From Octopus sinensis (lineage: Eukaryota): a stretch of DNA of 64,000 bases. The number at the start of each line of letters is the position of its first letter. Positions within the stretch are counted from its first letter, which is position 1. The stretch spans positions 37,026,464-37,090,463 of the forward strand of contig NC_043011.1 of NCBI RefSeq assembly GCF_006345805.1, in the 5' to 3' direction. The notes under the pieces are model-generated. The model did no database searches. It was not told the DNA's origin and saw only the letters and a list, made by a program, of their open reading frames with translations. Shown here piece by piece: positions 13,687-27,936 of the stretch. The position numbers were made by a program, and so were the translations under genes.

Positions 13687-14866
13687 GTATGTATATATAT
13701 ATGTATGTATATATATCGTATGTATGTATATATATATATGTATGTATGTATATATGTATATATATATATGTATATATAAATATAGATATAGTATTATGTA
13801 TATATAAATATACATATATATATATATTATACATATATAATAATATATATAATATATATACAATAATATATATATATTATATATATATATATATTATATA
13901 TATATATATATATATACATATATATATAGTTATATAAAAATAACTATGTAAAAGTTAAATAATGAGTGTAGACATTAATATTATTAATTGATATCAATTT
14001 AAAACAGAGGCCTAGAATACATTAAAAAATGTCTGGATACATTTTTGTCATGCCTGCTTTGAGAATATATTCTTCCTTTTAAGACGATTTAGCGTCTTCT
14101 AGCAGATTAGGAATCCATCTTGGCTGTTATTCCTCTTATTTATAAAAGTTACGTAACTATGTATGTATTTCTATGCATGGCTAAGGCCTTAGGCTGAAAC
14201 ATGTAAAAGGATATATAAAACAATGACGGTAACAATACGCAATATAAAACGAAACACGGAAAATTCCGTTGTCACTAATAGTCACTGAGGGTGACGTGTT
14301 GCACCTATATTGCTAGAAATACGAGTTAAAAAAACACTTAGAGCCGCAAGAAAGCACATTTTCATTTACTGACAGGGGAGATCAGTCGTTCACTATAAAA
14401 CATTCTACTATCAAAGGAAGGTGTGTGCTTGATAAAGAAATATTTTAAGCATCAGCATAGTGACGGAGAAGATGTAGCATATACATAAATCTCCATATAT
14501 TCTCTGTGCACATCTTCTCCATTTATTTATTCTCAACTATATTAGTGTCTGTTTATACAAAGAGAGAGAGAGAGGGCTATAACTGCTTTTGTGTGTATGT
14601 GTGTGTGTGTGCATGTGAATTTAAGCGTTTCGACAAACACAAGAAGAGAATAAAAACGAAACCGAAATCCAGGGAGCTCTGAGATAGAGTTGAATTTGTG
14701 AATCCAACACGTTAAGCAATCTGAACATTAATTTAGCCAACAGGATACTCGACAGAACATTCACACTTCAGTCAGTTACATTCAAATTGGAGCCACAGCG
14801 CTGAATTTAATCTCGTCCCATATATTATTTATTGTGTTCACACTCTTAGCTCAACTCCAGGTGTAA

Positions 14867-15259
14867 TCTTTATATATAAAAGTCAAGTTGTGTGTCTGTC
14901 TCATACGATTTAGATTCCTAACTACTCGCACATTTTGCGGTGCAGTTTAACCAAAACCGGGTATCTTATAGTCGTCATTCATATCGAGCCCTTCTGGGTA
15001 TTAGCGCGCGTCTACGATGAGTCTACGATTTTTAAAAAAATTACATTTTTTTCATTTTAATGCATCTTTTTCGCTATTATATAAGGGAAGTAACTCTCTA
15101 AAAATGTCTACGAAGAGTCAACGATTTTAAAAAAACTTTACCATCATTTCTTTTCCATTTTTAATGCATTTTTTTGCTAATTTTTGGCTATAACTCTCTA
15201 AAAATGCTTATATAGTTATTTCCCTTACAAACCCGAGCAACGCCGGGCGATACTGCTAG
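14867..15259 (+). mobile_element. Non-autonomous Helitron
   Basis: A|TC at the 5' end (TCTTTATATATAAA), subterminal hairpin CCCGAGCAACGCCGGG and CTAG|T at the 3' end. Inserted between A and T without a TSD. Confidence 0.85.
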
Positions 15260-16515
15260 TTATCTATGTTCCTCATCCCGTCCAGAATATAAGATGTACA
15301 TGTTTAAATGTTTTCGCGCTGAATGACTCATAAAATGACCAAAATCATAACCAGAATTTATCGGGTCATTCAAGGAGTGTTTGTGAAAGACATGGCAGCA
15401 TTTCCCGTCGTCCTTAGCTAATGCAAGTTCTAACGCATACAAATTAAGCACCAGTAATAAAATGTGGTCCGTTCTATCTATTAATCACTTTCTCATCCCT
15501 TAACATGCAGTTGATATGTGGCAGTATTTAAAGTCCTTTACCTGAATGGAAAGAATTTGAGTATAGCCAGCAGCCCTTTTTTAACGACACTATATTTATT
15601 AGCTGTTTAACGTCAATTCATTTCATTTACGATGCGCGTGATGTTGAGTAAAGGTTATAGCACTGAAGGAAAGGTTAATAAAAATGTATAAACGACGAAG
15701 AATTTAATTCTTCATCTTAAACATCTTAAAACATGGAGATTGTGGCTGTGCAAGCGACTAATATCATAACATCTACGAGTGGGGAATACTGCTGACTGGA
15801 AGAGAATGTGAAAGAGAAAGAGGAGAGAGAGAGAGAGAGAGAGGGAGGAGAGTAAGTTCCCGAATATATATCATTTATATAAAACCAGGCGTTTTGCAGG
15901 AATATAATTCAATAATTTATATATTTCGTGAGAATTATTTCTTGCTAAATCCCTCAAGTGACAATTATACCATTCCGTAATGTGAATCTAACAAGGAATA
16001 CAGCAACGTTAAATGCATTCTGGTTTAGGGATTGCGTTCTTGCCGCTACTTATTTATCAAAACTGCAGATCTAGTGAATAGCAGAACCGCTAGAATTTCT
16101 GAAAACATAAAAGTCCTGTAGCATTTAGTTAAGTCCGTATATGCCTAGAGATCAAATTATTCTGGGGTTATCTTGACATTTACTTGAACCAGGGTCAATA
16201 TTATACGTAATCATCAGGTACAGGGTCATTGTCATCGAATGCACACCTTTGAGTTATTTCTTACAAACATATATATTAAAAATAAAATATTAGTGTCAGG
16301 ATGTTGAAAAACATTGGAGTCGATAGAGAGACTTCAAAATTACTTTTATAATATTTCAATTCATCGATTTGTCTTCTATGTTTAAATCACTGAGAAATCA
16401 AACAAACGTTATATATAAATATAAAAACTGTATACACTCACACATACATACATACATATATACATATATGCATGCATAAATACATTCATATATACAGGCT
16501 TACATACATACATGC

Positions 16516-16560
<45 letters not shown>

Positions 16561-16563
<3 letters not shown>

Positions 16564-17271
16564 GGTTCCCCCAAAAATGTATGCACAGTTTAAATAATTG
16601 TAAAGTAGGTGTTTATTAAAATACATTTCATTTTCAAAATTTAATAGAATCTACAGACCTTGTTTTATTGTTTTGTCAACCTGTTTTCAATCTGACGTCT
16701 GTTCTGGTCCAGGCACTGCTGACAACGCGAAGCAATGGAATCGCAAACATCACTAAACAATTCGTTTGGTATTTGTGTGCATTCTCGTTCAATGGCTGAT
16801 CTCAAATCAGCGACTGTTGCAGGGTTTCATAGCGTAGAATTTTGTCTTTTATGTATCTCCATTTAAAAAAGTCTAGTGGTGTGAGGTATGGTGAACGCAG
16901 AGGGTATTCAACGAAACCCTTTCGTCTAATCCAACTGTTTCACAAGACCACATCAAGGAAGGATCTAACATCGCGATGGTAGTGTGGGGGTGCCCCGTCT
17001 TGCTGAAAATAAAACTCATTTTCTCTAATACTTTGGCATGCCAGACTGTAGCGTCAAAAAAGAATGATCCAAAATTAACATGGTGTTCCACCATAACATG
17101 CGGATTCTCAAGTCCCCAGTAGGTATAATTGCGACGGTTACTTGAACCATTTAATTTGAATGTGGCCTCATCTCTCCACATAATCTTTGTTGGAGTGTGT
17201 GCATCATTAATTCCAGTGCGCTTAAGCTGAAAAGAAAGGATATCACCTGAGTTATCAGTGGCTAACACCCT
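16561..17271 (-). mobile_element. Tc1/mariner transposon remnant (DDD class), internally deleted
   Basis: Minus strand encodes [37 protein letters not shown] and KPATVADLRSAI. Ends are TA-CAGGGT and AACACCC-TA. Confidence 0.88.
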
Positions 17272-17468
17272 ATATATATATATATCTTTTATTAAACTTT
17301 TAATACTTTTGATATATTTAAAATATATATTAATTAATTAATTTTATGTATTGGCTTATGTTTTTCATTGTTTGATTTGCCTAATAGTGGTTTTATCTCT
17401 AATTTAATATAATATATATATATAATATATATATATATATATAATATATATATATATATTATATATTA

Positions 17469-17537
<69 letters not shown>

Positions 17538-17543
17538 TTCGTT

Positions 17544-17733
17544 AGCGAACTGGCAGATTCGTTAGCACTTCGTCTGTCTGCACGTTCTGAGATCAAATCC
17601 CGCCGAGGTCGTCTTTGCCTTTCATACTTTCGGGTTCGATAATTTAAGTACCAGTGAAACACTGGGATAGCTGTAAACAGCTTGTCCTGTCCCCCTAATT
17701 TTCTGGCCTTTTGCCTATAGTAGAAAGGATTAT
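17544..17733 (+). mobile_element. SINE family B (diverged)
   Basis: TGGCAGATTCGTTAGC head followed by CCGAGGTCGTCTTTGCCTTTCAT...AATTTAAGTACCAG. Confidence 0.85.
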
Positions 17734-17870
17734 CTATAAGAAGAATATATACTCCAAGCTAAGTGTGCCCGTCGAAGTACACAAACGTTATTAATAAATA
17801 TAGAAATATACATCATTTAACCGGTCAGATTTGATATATTTTCCTATCACTAATTACACTATCTGAACTC

Positions 17871-18071
17871 TGTAGAATTGTTAGCACGCGGGCAAAATGA
17901 TTTGCGTTGTTTCGTCTATCTTAACGTTCGGAGTTCAAATTCTGCCGAGGTCGACTTTGCCTTTCATCTTTTCAGGTCAATAAATTAAGCACCAGTAAAA
18001 CACTGGTGTCGATGTAATCGACTACCCCCCATCCCCAAACTTCAGGCCTTGTGTCTTCAGAAGAAAGAATT
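17871..18071 (+). mobile_element. SINE family B
   Basis: GTTCAAATTCTGCCGAGGTCGACTTTGCCTTTCATC core. Confidence 0.85.
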
Positions 18072-18254
18072 AACTACACTATCTAGATAGCCTATATTCA
18101 TCTTCTCAGGGGCCTACGTTGACAGTCATGTCTCACAGTTTTATAATCTTGTCTATATCACGTAGCAAATGTGGTTCCTGGTTACATAAATTTTAGTTTT
18201 CTTTTAAAAGTATCTGCCTGATGTCCAGAAGGCAAAACAATTAATATAATATTC

Positions 18255-18600
18255 TTTTCTACTCTAGGTAAAAGGGGATGGGGGACAGTCTATTTGATCG
18301 ACACTAGCACGCAACTGGTACTTAATTTCTCGATCTCGAAAGCAAAGTCGACCTCGGCGCAATTTGAACTCAGAACGTAGCGGCAGACGAAATACCTATT
18401 TCTTTACTACCCACAAGGGGCTAAACACAGAGGGGACAAACAAGGACAGACAAAGGGATTAAGTCGATTATATCGAGCCCAGTGCGTAACTGGTACTTAA
18501 TTTATCGACCCCGAAGGGATGAAACACACAGTCGACCTCGGCGGAATTTGACCTCAGAACGTAGCGGCAGATGAAACACCGCTAAGCAATTCGCCGCCTT
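18255..18600 (-). mobile_element. SINE family B head-to-tail dimer
   Basis: Two successive reverse-complement cores GTCGACCTCGGCG at ~18347 and ~18532, joined at ~18394. Confidence 0.88.
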
Positions 18601-19171
18601 ACAACCCATGTAATATTATTTGTAGATCTATTTTCTCTTTGGAAAAACTTTACGTATAATTGGGATATGAACTATAGTCACTTAATATTGACTGTACAGT
18701 TTTGAGTTTATGTTAGCCGCTTATCTTTTTCTATATGATTTCTTTTTTGAATTTAGTATAAGCTGTGGTAACATTCAGCTAAATGAGAACTTTGAAATTT
18801 TGTCTTGATTTCCAATCCTTGTTTCTCTCTTTTTTGGGGTGGGGTGGGGGTGGGGGGCATTCCTGGCTTTTATATCAATTATTCTCATACACACTGTTTA
18901 GTACTTATGAGATATTGACTATGGGGTAAGTTTATTAATACATCAGTCTCTTTTCGGCTAGTATCACTTTGCATTCTGCTTTGACATTAAAACTTTCATT
19001 TCAATAACACAATGTTTTTGTGCGTGTTCATGTTAAACATTTATCTCAGTGAAAAAAAGCTTGTGGTTTGAAAAATGATATACACATACATATACCCATA
19101 GGCATATATTCATGCGCATATATATTATATATATATATATATAATACACGTAAATGTAATATATAATATTA

Positions 19172-19209
<38 letters not shown>

Positions 19210-19344
19210 TACATTTATATATATATGTGTGTGTATACACATGTATGCATATTATAGATATATATCTACATAATAGGCATTCATGTATATAAATATATAC
19301 ATAATATATATACAGAATAATGTATATATATATACACACACATG

Positions 19345-19391
<47 letters not shown>

Positions 19392-20275
19392 TTACATATA
19401 GATATATATATTCACATATTCAGATATCTATACATAAATGCATGTATATATATATATATATCTATATATATAATGTGTGTGTGTGTGTGTGTATACACAC
19501 ATACATACACGTAAATTGTTTTCTTTCTTTTCATGTTCCTCGAGTATTTTAATGAAACTACATTGGATTACTTCTGACTGGTTTTGAAGATTATGGTAAC
19601 ATCCAAAGCTTTCGATAACGTAACACGTGTGACGGAACGTATTACTCATAAAACAAAACTAGTGAATGAAGTTGAAAGATGTGGCTATCAAGAGTGTGAC
19701 ATGCATTATATATTCGCGTGTATTTCTCCTGTGCTGATATATTTGCAACGTCACAAACTTTGGCATGTGAGAACCGCCTACATCAAGCTTCGTTCGTATG
19801 TCTTTCCTGTGCACCAACTCATGTATGTATAGATATTTATACATAATATGATACATAACATATAACATACAAGGAGGAGAGAGAGAGAGAGAAACATACA
19901 CACTTAATTATGTTTATCTATTTAAAGTGTGTGTGTGTGTGTGTGTGGTGTGTGTGTGTGTGTGTGTGTATGCATATATACACAGGCACATATATTTATA
20001 CATGCATACGTTCCTACTCACACACAATCTTACATATATGTGTGTGTGCGTGTATGTCTGCATCTCTATGTGTCTGTCTGTCTCTGGGGGCAAAGATGCC
20101 TGGTCTTGGGGCTTAGGGTGATGCATACGTGTTCGATTTCCTTCAGGAAAATACTCCGTCTCGCATCTCACGTTGCTATGCGTGTAGGAGAGAGGTAGAG
20201 TTGTCGGTTCGTTGAGAGAAATGCTTTACCATATATCTTCCGACTCACAATGGCATGAGATCAGATCACACATGT

Positions 20276-20345
20276 CTAGGGAAGGCAATGGAGAACCACT
20301 TTAATATTCATCGCAAGTCTAGTCATGGTCATCGAAGTTCCAGTA
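20276..20345 (+). mobile_element. RTE/BovB-related SINE or UTR fragment
   Basis: GGGAAGGCAATGGAGAACCACT resembles the GAAGGCAATGGCAAACCACT motif of BovB-mobilised SINEs (from recall). Confidence 0.45.
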
Positions 20346-20431
20346 ATCTTAATGGGGATAGGGTAGGACACTGGTAGAATGATGCATATGAACTATATGC
20401 ATAGGCCCTGACAAAAGTAGAGAGGACCAAA

Positions 20432-20475
<44 letters not shown>

Positions 20476-21247
20476 ATATATATATATAGATATATACATA
20501 TACATATATACATACATAGATCATACACACAAATATATATACATATATTATATATATAATACATGCAGATATATATATATATAATTGCTCAAAATGGGGA
20601 GTAAATAAAACAGGTGACAACTGATGAAGGGTCTTTCTTTATTATAATTGTCTTGTTTTCTATTCCTTTCTTTCCTTATTCGCAAAGGTTCGTATTCCAT
20701 GTTTTCGTATTTCATATTGTGTACGTTCTATGACATTCTGTACCCATATATGCATATGTATATACATATATTTATAAGCATGTACATATATCATATATGT
20801 ACGTATAAGCATGTAAATATATCATATATGTACGTAAAAGCATGTAAATATATCATATATGTACGTATATATACATTAGTTTATGCTAGCTTTCTCATCT
20901 ATCCTCCTCAGTTATTCTAATACAAAAATTCGGACCTGCAAGTACATCTATTCATTTCTATGTATTTGCTTGTATATTTATATATTTTTATATGTTTATA
21001 AGTTCCGAATAATATTTAACATGCCTCATATATGTGTATGCATCTATGTATATTGTGGAGAATTTCGATAATATGAAATGGATTGAATGACTATATACAC
21101 CCACATCTGAAATTACTTCTTTCCTTCTTAATTATAATATATATATATATAATATATATAATATATATATATATATATAATATTATATATAATATATATG
21201 TGTGTGTGTGTGTGTGTGGTGTGTGTTGTTGTATATTATATATATAT

Positions 21248-21660
21248 AGGAGTGGCTGTGTGGTAAGTAGCTTGCTAACCAACCACATGGTTCAGGGTTC
21301 AGTCTCACTGCGAGGCATCTTGGCAAGTGTCTTCTGCTATAGCCCGGGCCGACCAATGCCTTGTGAGTGGATTTGGTATAGACGGAAACTGAAAGAAGCC
21401 TGTCGTATATATGTATATATATAATATATATATAGGTGTGTATGTGTTGTGTGTCTGTGTTGTTCCCCCTAGCATTGCTTGACAACCGATGCTGGTGTGT
21501 TTACGTCCCCATCACTTAGCGGTTCCGCATAAGAGACCGATAGAATAAGTACTGGGCTTACAAAGAATAAGCCCCAGGGTCGATCTCCTCGACTAAAGGC
21601 GGTGCTCTAGCATGGCCGCAGTCAAATGACTGAAACAAGTAAAAAAGTAAAATAGTAAAA
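21248..21660 (+). mobile_element. SINE family A, full length
   Basis: GGAGTGGCTGTGTGGTAAGTAGCTTGCTAACCAACCACATGGTTCAGGGTTCAGTC head, internal (TA)/(TG) tract and A-rich tail. Confidence 0.93.
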
Positions 21661-21699
<39 letters not shown>

Positions 21700-22726
21700 C
21701 AAAAGGCTTCCAAATATGGAAGCGTTTTGCTAGAGACACAAAAAGGGATAAATTCATGGAAGGAATGAAAACCAAAAACCTTTACCATTACAGCTATATC
21801 CCAGACTGGTCAGTTTCTTCCTATTTCTAGCAAACAGACAGAATATATTTGCTAAGGCAAGGTTCGTCAGTGGGGAGCCTTCTTAATCCTAGATGCACAG
21901 ACCGTTAGAGCACGTGTAGACCTAACGGTGTGTATATCTTAACTTTCCAAACTTCCGCGCAGACGCAAAACTTACCCGGCGAAAAGGAGCATGCCGGTAA
22001 AAAATTTTGTTTTTTGTTTGTTTTATTTTTTGTAAATTCTCACCATATATACATATGTATATGTTTGAGCGTGCGTATACAGAGAGAGAGGGAGAGAGAG
22101 TGAGTGAGAGAGAGCAGATTTTTATGAAAACATGTTTAGGTTCTCTCACTTGTGTTTCTCCCTCCTCTCTCTCTCTCCACCTCATACACGCGCGCGTGCA
22201 ATCACACTCTTTGCCATCTCATGCCATATTTAACATCAGAAGCCACGAGAGCCAATGCCTTATAAGCATGACAGTTTTTTCTCTCGTTTCAATTATGTTA
22301 TCTGAATTCCTTACTATGTTTTGTATGAAGCCTCCCCAAAGCATCTTGTCACAGAATAAAACGGTGATATTTATTTCAAACTAGATTTCTGGTCTATAAC
22401 ATGTAATTTCAGATTCCAGTTATTAAAATACATGATTGATCCTCAATCGGAATAGCTTTGTATCTCGGTTGGAGTTGTAGACCAACTGTTCGTTCGTAAC
22501 AGAATTTTGCCGAAATGAGCGGGGAAAATATTTTTCATTTTGCTGACAGGATATTTTTCATATTACCAGATAAATTTATTCGTTCGTTTATTTTAGGAAA
22601 GAAATTCATTAGGTGAAAATTAAAATTTACCTCCCATTTCTGGCGTGTCGTCTTGACATTTGAGTCATCATTCTCTAAGATGTCCGTCAACACATTTCCA
22701 GCCTGTATGTATATGATGCATTTATT

Positions 22727-22958
22727 TATTTCTTTACTACCCACAAGGGGCTAAACACAGAGGGGACAAAGAAGGACAGACAAACGGATTAGGTCGATTA
22801 TATCGACCCCAGTGCGTAACTGGTACTTATTTAATCGACCCCGAAAGGATGAAAGGCAAAGTCGACCTCGGCGGAATTTGAACGCAGAACGTAATGGCAG
22901 ACGAAATGCGGCTAGGCATTTCGCCTGGCGTGCTAACGTTTCTGCTAGCTCGCCGCCT
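22727..22958 (-). mobile_element. SINE family B, full length
   Basis: Reverse complement of GGCGGCGAGCTAGCAGAAACG...GTTCAAATTCC...CCCCTTGTGGGTAGTAAAGAAATA. Confidence 0.93.
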
Positions 22959-23597
22959 TAAATATGATGTATTTACGATGAAGAATACATCATCAAGAGG
23001 TGAAACAATCCCTTATAAAGAAAGTCTTCTCCGTTATTATAATTTTCTTTTTCTTTCTAGTTTATCTCATTTGTAACTCACAACGTTCTGCTTTCATTTT
23101 CATCTCTTATTTAAAGATCATTATTTCTTTTGTGATTTATCTTGAAAAGTATTTCTCTCGGTGCATTCATCTTATAATTTGTACTGGACATATATATATA
23201 TATCCAAACACACACACACACACACATACACACACAAATATATACACACATATGTATGCATGTATATGTATATATATATATTATATATGCATAATGCATA
23301 AAGCACACATATATATATACACGTATATATGTACAAATACATATGCATACATATATACATATATCCATATATATATATATCCATATATATATATATTTAT
23401 ATATATATATGTACATTATATGTACATTTATGTGCATATACATATACATACATGCATAATGCATATATGTATATATACATATGTATATATATATATATAT
23501 ATATATAATTATATATATACATGTATATGTATATATACATACAAGCATATATATGTATGCATATGTATATATACATACAAGCATATATATGTATGTA

Positions 23598-23638
<41 letters not shown>

Positions 23639-24099
23639 ACGCATAACATTCTGAGTTTCTTTTTTCACATTCTCGTATTACAGGTATCGTATTAATGACT
23701 GGAACTGAGATTGCTTCTAACTGCCCGTCTTGATTATTATGTCATTCAAGTCTGCCTAGAAATAACACGAATGACTGAGCATATTATTCATAAGGCAACT
23801 GATACTTAATTGAGTTGAAATTAATTGGCTTTCAATTATGGGACTTGTATTATATATAAACACATGTACTTGTACTGCTCGAAATACATAGAAAACAAAG
23901 AAAGGTTTAGCACGCGAGAAACATCTACATCATACTTGGATTGTATATTTTTTTTTTATATTTGTCTCTACATCACTCGGATCAGCATCAGTTTCAGAAC
24001 AAAAAGGTATGATTATAGTCAAATGAATACCTCGTTCATTTATACATGCTATATTGATTTACAATACTAATACAGGTGTACAGGAACACAAACATGTAC

Positions 24100-24343
24100 T
24101 CTTTGACTCTTTTACTTGTTTTAGTCATTTCACGGCAGTCATGCTGGAGCACCGCCTTTAGTCGAGCAAATCGACCCCAGGACTTATTCTTTATAAGCCT
24201 AGTACTTATTCTATCGGATCTCTTTTGCCGAACCGCTAAGTTACGGGGACGTACATACACCATCGTCGGTTGTCAAGCGATGTTGGGCGGACAAAAAACA
24301 GACCACAGATATATACACACATATACGCAAATATATATATATA

Positions 24344-24374
<31 letters not shown>

Positions 24375-24530
24375 GCGACGGGATTCGTTCAGTTTCCGTT
24401 TACCAAATCCATTCAAGGCTTTGGTCGGTCCAAGGCTTTAGTGGAAGACACTTGCCCAAAGTACCACGCAGTGGGACTGAACCGAGAACCATGCGGTTGG
24501 TAAGCAAGCTGCTTACCACGTAGCCACTCC
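24100..24530 (-). mobile_element. SINE family A, full length
   Basis: Reverse complement of the 21248 copy. Confidence 0.92.
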
Positions 24531-24554
24531 CACGCCTATGTACATATACTTACA

Positions 24555-24715
24555 CAGGAATGGCTATGTGGTAAGAAGCCTGCTTCCTAACCACAGGATT
24601 CAAGGGTTTGAGTCCCACTGCGTGACACCTAGGTCATGTGTCTTCTACAGTAGCCTCGGGCTGGCCAAAGTTTTTGTGAGGGGATTTGGCCGACAGAAAA
24701 TCAACGAAGTCATAT
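24555..24715 (+). mobile_element. SINE family A, 5' half, head-to-head with the previous copy
   Basis: GGAATGGCTATGTGGTAAGAAGCCTGCTTCCTAACCAC head. Confidence 0.8.
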
Positions 24716-26392
24716 GCTTATACTTGTGTGCGTGTTATGGTGTGCACCAGATTTGATCTCTGGGTTATGTTTTCAGCAAAAAACTCAATGAATAAGAACT
24801 GTATCCTCCATGAATACAGTCTGAGATCGATACATTCGGCTGAGGCTTTCAAATTGACACAACATTTTGAGCACAGTGAAATTACTGCAACCGCAACAAT
24901 AACATAAACAAACACTTATGGTACTGGCTTCCTTAACATTTGAAGTTGTAATTATTGTTATTTTTATCGTTTTTGAAGTGTTTCTTCAATCATCCTTCAT
25001 TAAGCGTTTCTTGTATCATATACATTCCAATTTTGAACATCACAACTTTTCAAAGTTGACGCCACCTTGGAGTCTGCAGAGAGGCTGACACGGCTCCCAG
25101 TGATGGAGGTGACTGTTCGGCCTGGTTGGCTGTACACACAATGACGTCGTTGAGATCACTAATCTGAGATGACCCCCAGCCCCAGCAAGCATGAGCATGA
25201 AGGAAGCAAGCAAGCAAATAATTTTTTCGAAGGTTATTCAAAATTTCATTATTCCGTGGGCCCTAGGTTTTACGGTTATAGATTTCTGTTTTTACGCTTT
25301 TCTCCGTGAGAAACCGACAGAAGCGTCTGTGATGGAATACGGACTGGCGAGCGATGGATTCGTAGGATGGCAACCTGACCACGCATAAGTCATGATTCAG
25401 AACTCTCGGAAAAGGAAAACGCAAACAGCAATAATAATAATAATAGTTATCATAATAGCTAATAGGAAAATAAAAGAAAACTTTTTAATGAAAAAAGAAA
25501 GAAATGAATAAAGCCAATATGGAGAACTTGAAAAGTATGCTGTAAAAACCATACGTGTCTTTACAGCTAACATTGTAGTAACAGATCAAAGCCCTATTTA
25601 AAAAGCCCTATAGAAATACCAATTGATTTCCTCGCAGCACCCAACGAACTCTGTATAATCATATAATGGTGAAGGTCATCATATGATATTTAAGCAGTAC
25701 AATAAACAAATAAATGTAGAATAAATACATAAAATTCGGGAATCTGAAAGAAAAGACCAATGCTATCTCTTCACAGATGTTTAGGTTTCTCTCTGGTATT
25801 TCTTTTAATTTCCTTCTTTGACACTCTGTAAGAACGCAGACGATTTATTACCGATATGAAAGAATGAGGGAGAACGAAAGGTTGTAGTGGTGTATATTCT
25901 TACTATTCTCCAGTGGCATTACCGAACCGATGCAAATCATTTATTTATTTATTTATTTATTTATATATTGTGGTCGATTGAAGTAGGATCCAAACAGAAT
26001 TGCAGAGTTCAATCACCACTAACTTGCTGCACCGTATCAAGGCACTGGCTTTCGTGATTGTTTCATCTTGTTTAGTACTACTGATTGGTGGCCAAACAGA
26101 AATTGTAAATCGATTACCAAACCACACTCAATGTTCAATATTTCCTTTCTACAAAACCCGAATGTCAGCTCCAGTGCAGTTCATTGTTAAATACACAACA
26201 TTGACTCCGTAACTGTTATGTAATATAATTCTTTCTATCCAAAAAAAAAAGGATCCTTTTATCATTTCTAATCACGTTCACTTCCATATTTGGGCGACCT
26301 ATCAGTTACGTATCCATTCGAGAAATAAAACTTCTAAAATAAGAAGATATTGACACACAGTGGAATTCATATACTCTCTCTCACTCTCCTTA

Positions 26393-26492
26393 NNNNNNNN
26401 NNNNNNNNNNNNNNNNNNNNNNNNNNNNNNNNNNNNNNNNNNNNNNNNNNNNNNNNNNNNNNNNNNNNNNNNNNNNNNNNNNNNNNNNNNNN
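26393..26492. other. Assembly gap (100 N)
   Basis: Run of N. Confidence 1.
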
Positions 26493-27088
26493 ATATCATA
26501 ATATATATATATAATATATATATATATATATCTATATATATAATCTGTATATATGCACACACACACACACACCACCCACACACTCATATAACAATTTCAT
26601 GAACAGAAAAAAAAAAATTTTAATCGTTCGTAAAACAACATAAAACATCATAAATTTCCTTTTTATTTACCAAGTTTGGTATGAATGTCTGCAAGACCAG
26701 GTATTATTCATTTTATTATTATTATTTTCATTATTATTATTATTATTTATTATTTTGTTGTTTTTTATTTTCACTTTTCACTTTCACAACATTTTTTTTC
26801 TATCTTGTTTATATTCTCTCAATTAAACTTAATTAAGCATCATTAAGAATGAGAATTAGTGAAATGTCACACTGATAATAGCTAATACCTATAATCAATT
26901 GGAATGTTGGCACACTATTAAAAAAACTTATCACAGTTTCTTGCTTATTGCAAACGAATGGAGAAGACTGAAGAATGTGGCTATGCTGGAATCTTGGAGT
27001 GAAAGGAACTCAACCACAACAGAAAGAGTAGACATACTTTGTATCGATAGGAGAAAGAAACCAATGTTCCAGCGAAGAATTAAAGAGC

Positions 27089-27311
27089 CTATATTCTATA
27101 TTTTTGTAGGTAAAATAAAAAAAAAATGTTGTATGCTGGAGATTATCCAGAAATATATTTAAAAAATATATACAAATATGAAATACTTAGATTAACGTAT
27201 CGATTTGTATAGTGTTTATAATACGTATGACAACGAGTGTTAAAACCTCTACTTCTATTATTCAAGTAGTAACTATCAAATCATACAACCGGTTTCCTTC
27301 GCATCCACCCA

Positions 27312-27365
<54 letters not shown>

Positions 27366-27878
27366 ATTGGAAAGCAATCTTGAAATAAACTGAATAATGA
27401 CATACATACATACATATAGAAACTTCATACATACATACATAGATACATAAACAAATATCAATGGAAATAGTAGTTGTGATACCTGTGTCGGTGGCACATA
27501 AAAAGCAACATCCGAACGTGGCCGTTGCCAGCGCCACCTCGAATGGCTTCTGTGCCGGTGGCACATAAAAAGCACCGTCCGAACGTGGCCGATGCCAGCG
27601 CCGCTTTGGCTGGCTTCCGTGCCGGTGGCACGTTAAAAGCACCAACCGATCGTGGCCGGTGCCAGACCCCCCTGGCACCTGTGCAGGTGGCACGTAAAAA
27701 GCACCCACTACACTCGCGGAGTGGTTGGCGTTAGAAAGGGCATCCAGTTGTTGAAACACTGCCAGATGAGACTGGAGCCTGGTGCAGCCCTGGCTTCCCA
27801 GACCCGGGTCGAACCGACCAACCCGTGCTGGCACAGAAAACGGACGTTAAACGATGATGATGATGATGATGATGATAC

Positions 27879-27936
<58 letters not shown>

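Noticed and set aside
20298-20338. Minus-strand HHR-like motif
   Set aside because: Core and GAAA are both broken, and the segment is better explained as an RTE/BovB-type motif on the plus strand.
20616-20652. gacaa CTGATGA...ttgtc
   Set aside because: Stem I and core are present but there is no GAAA or stem II.
27484-27705. CRISPR-like regularly spaced repeats
   Set aside because: The spacers are homologous to one another, the context is eukaryotic and there are no cas genes.
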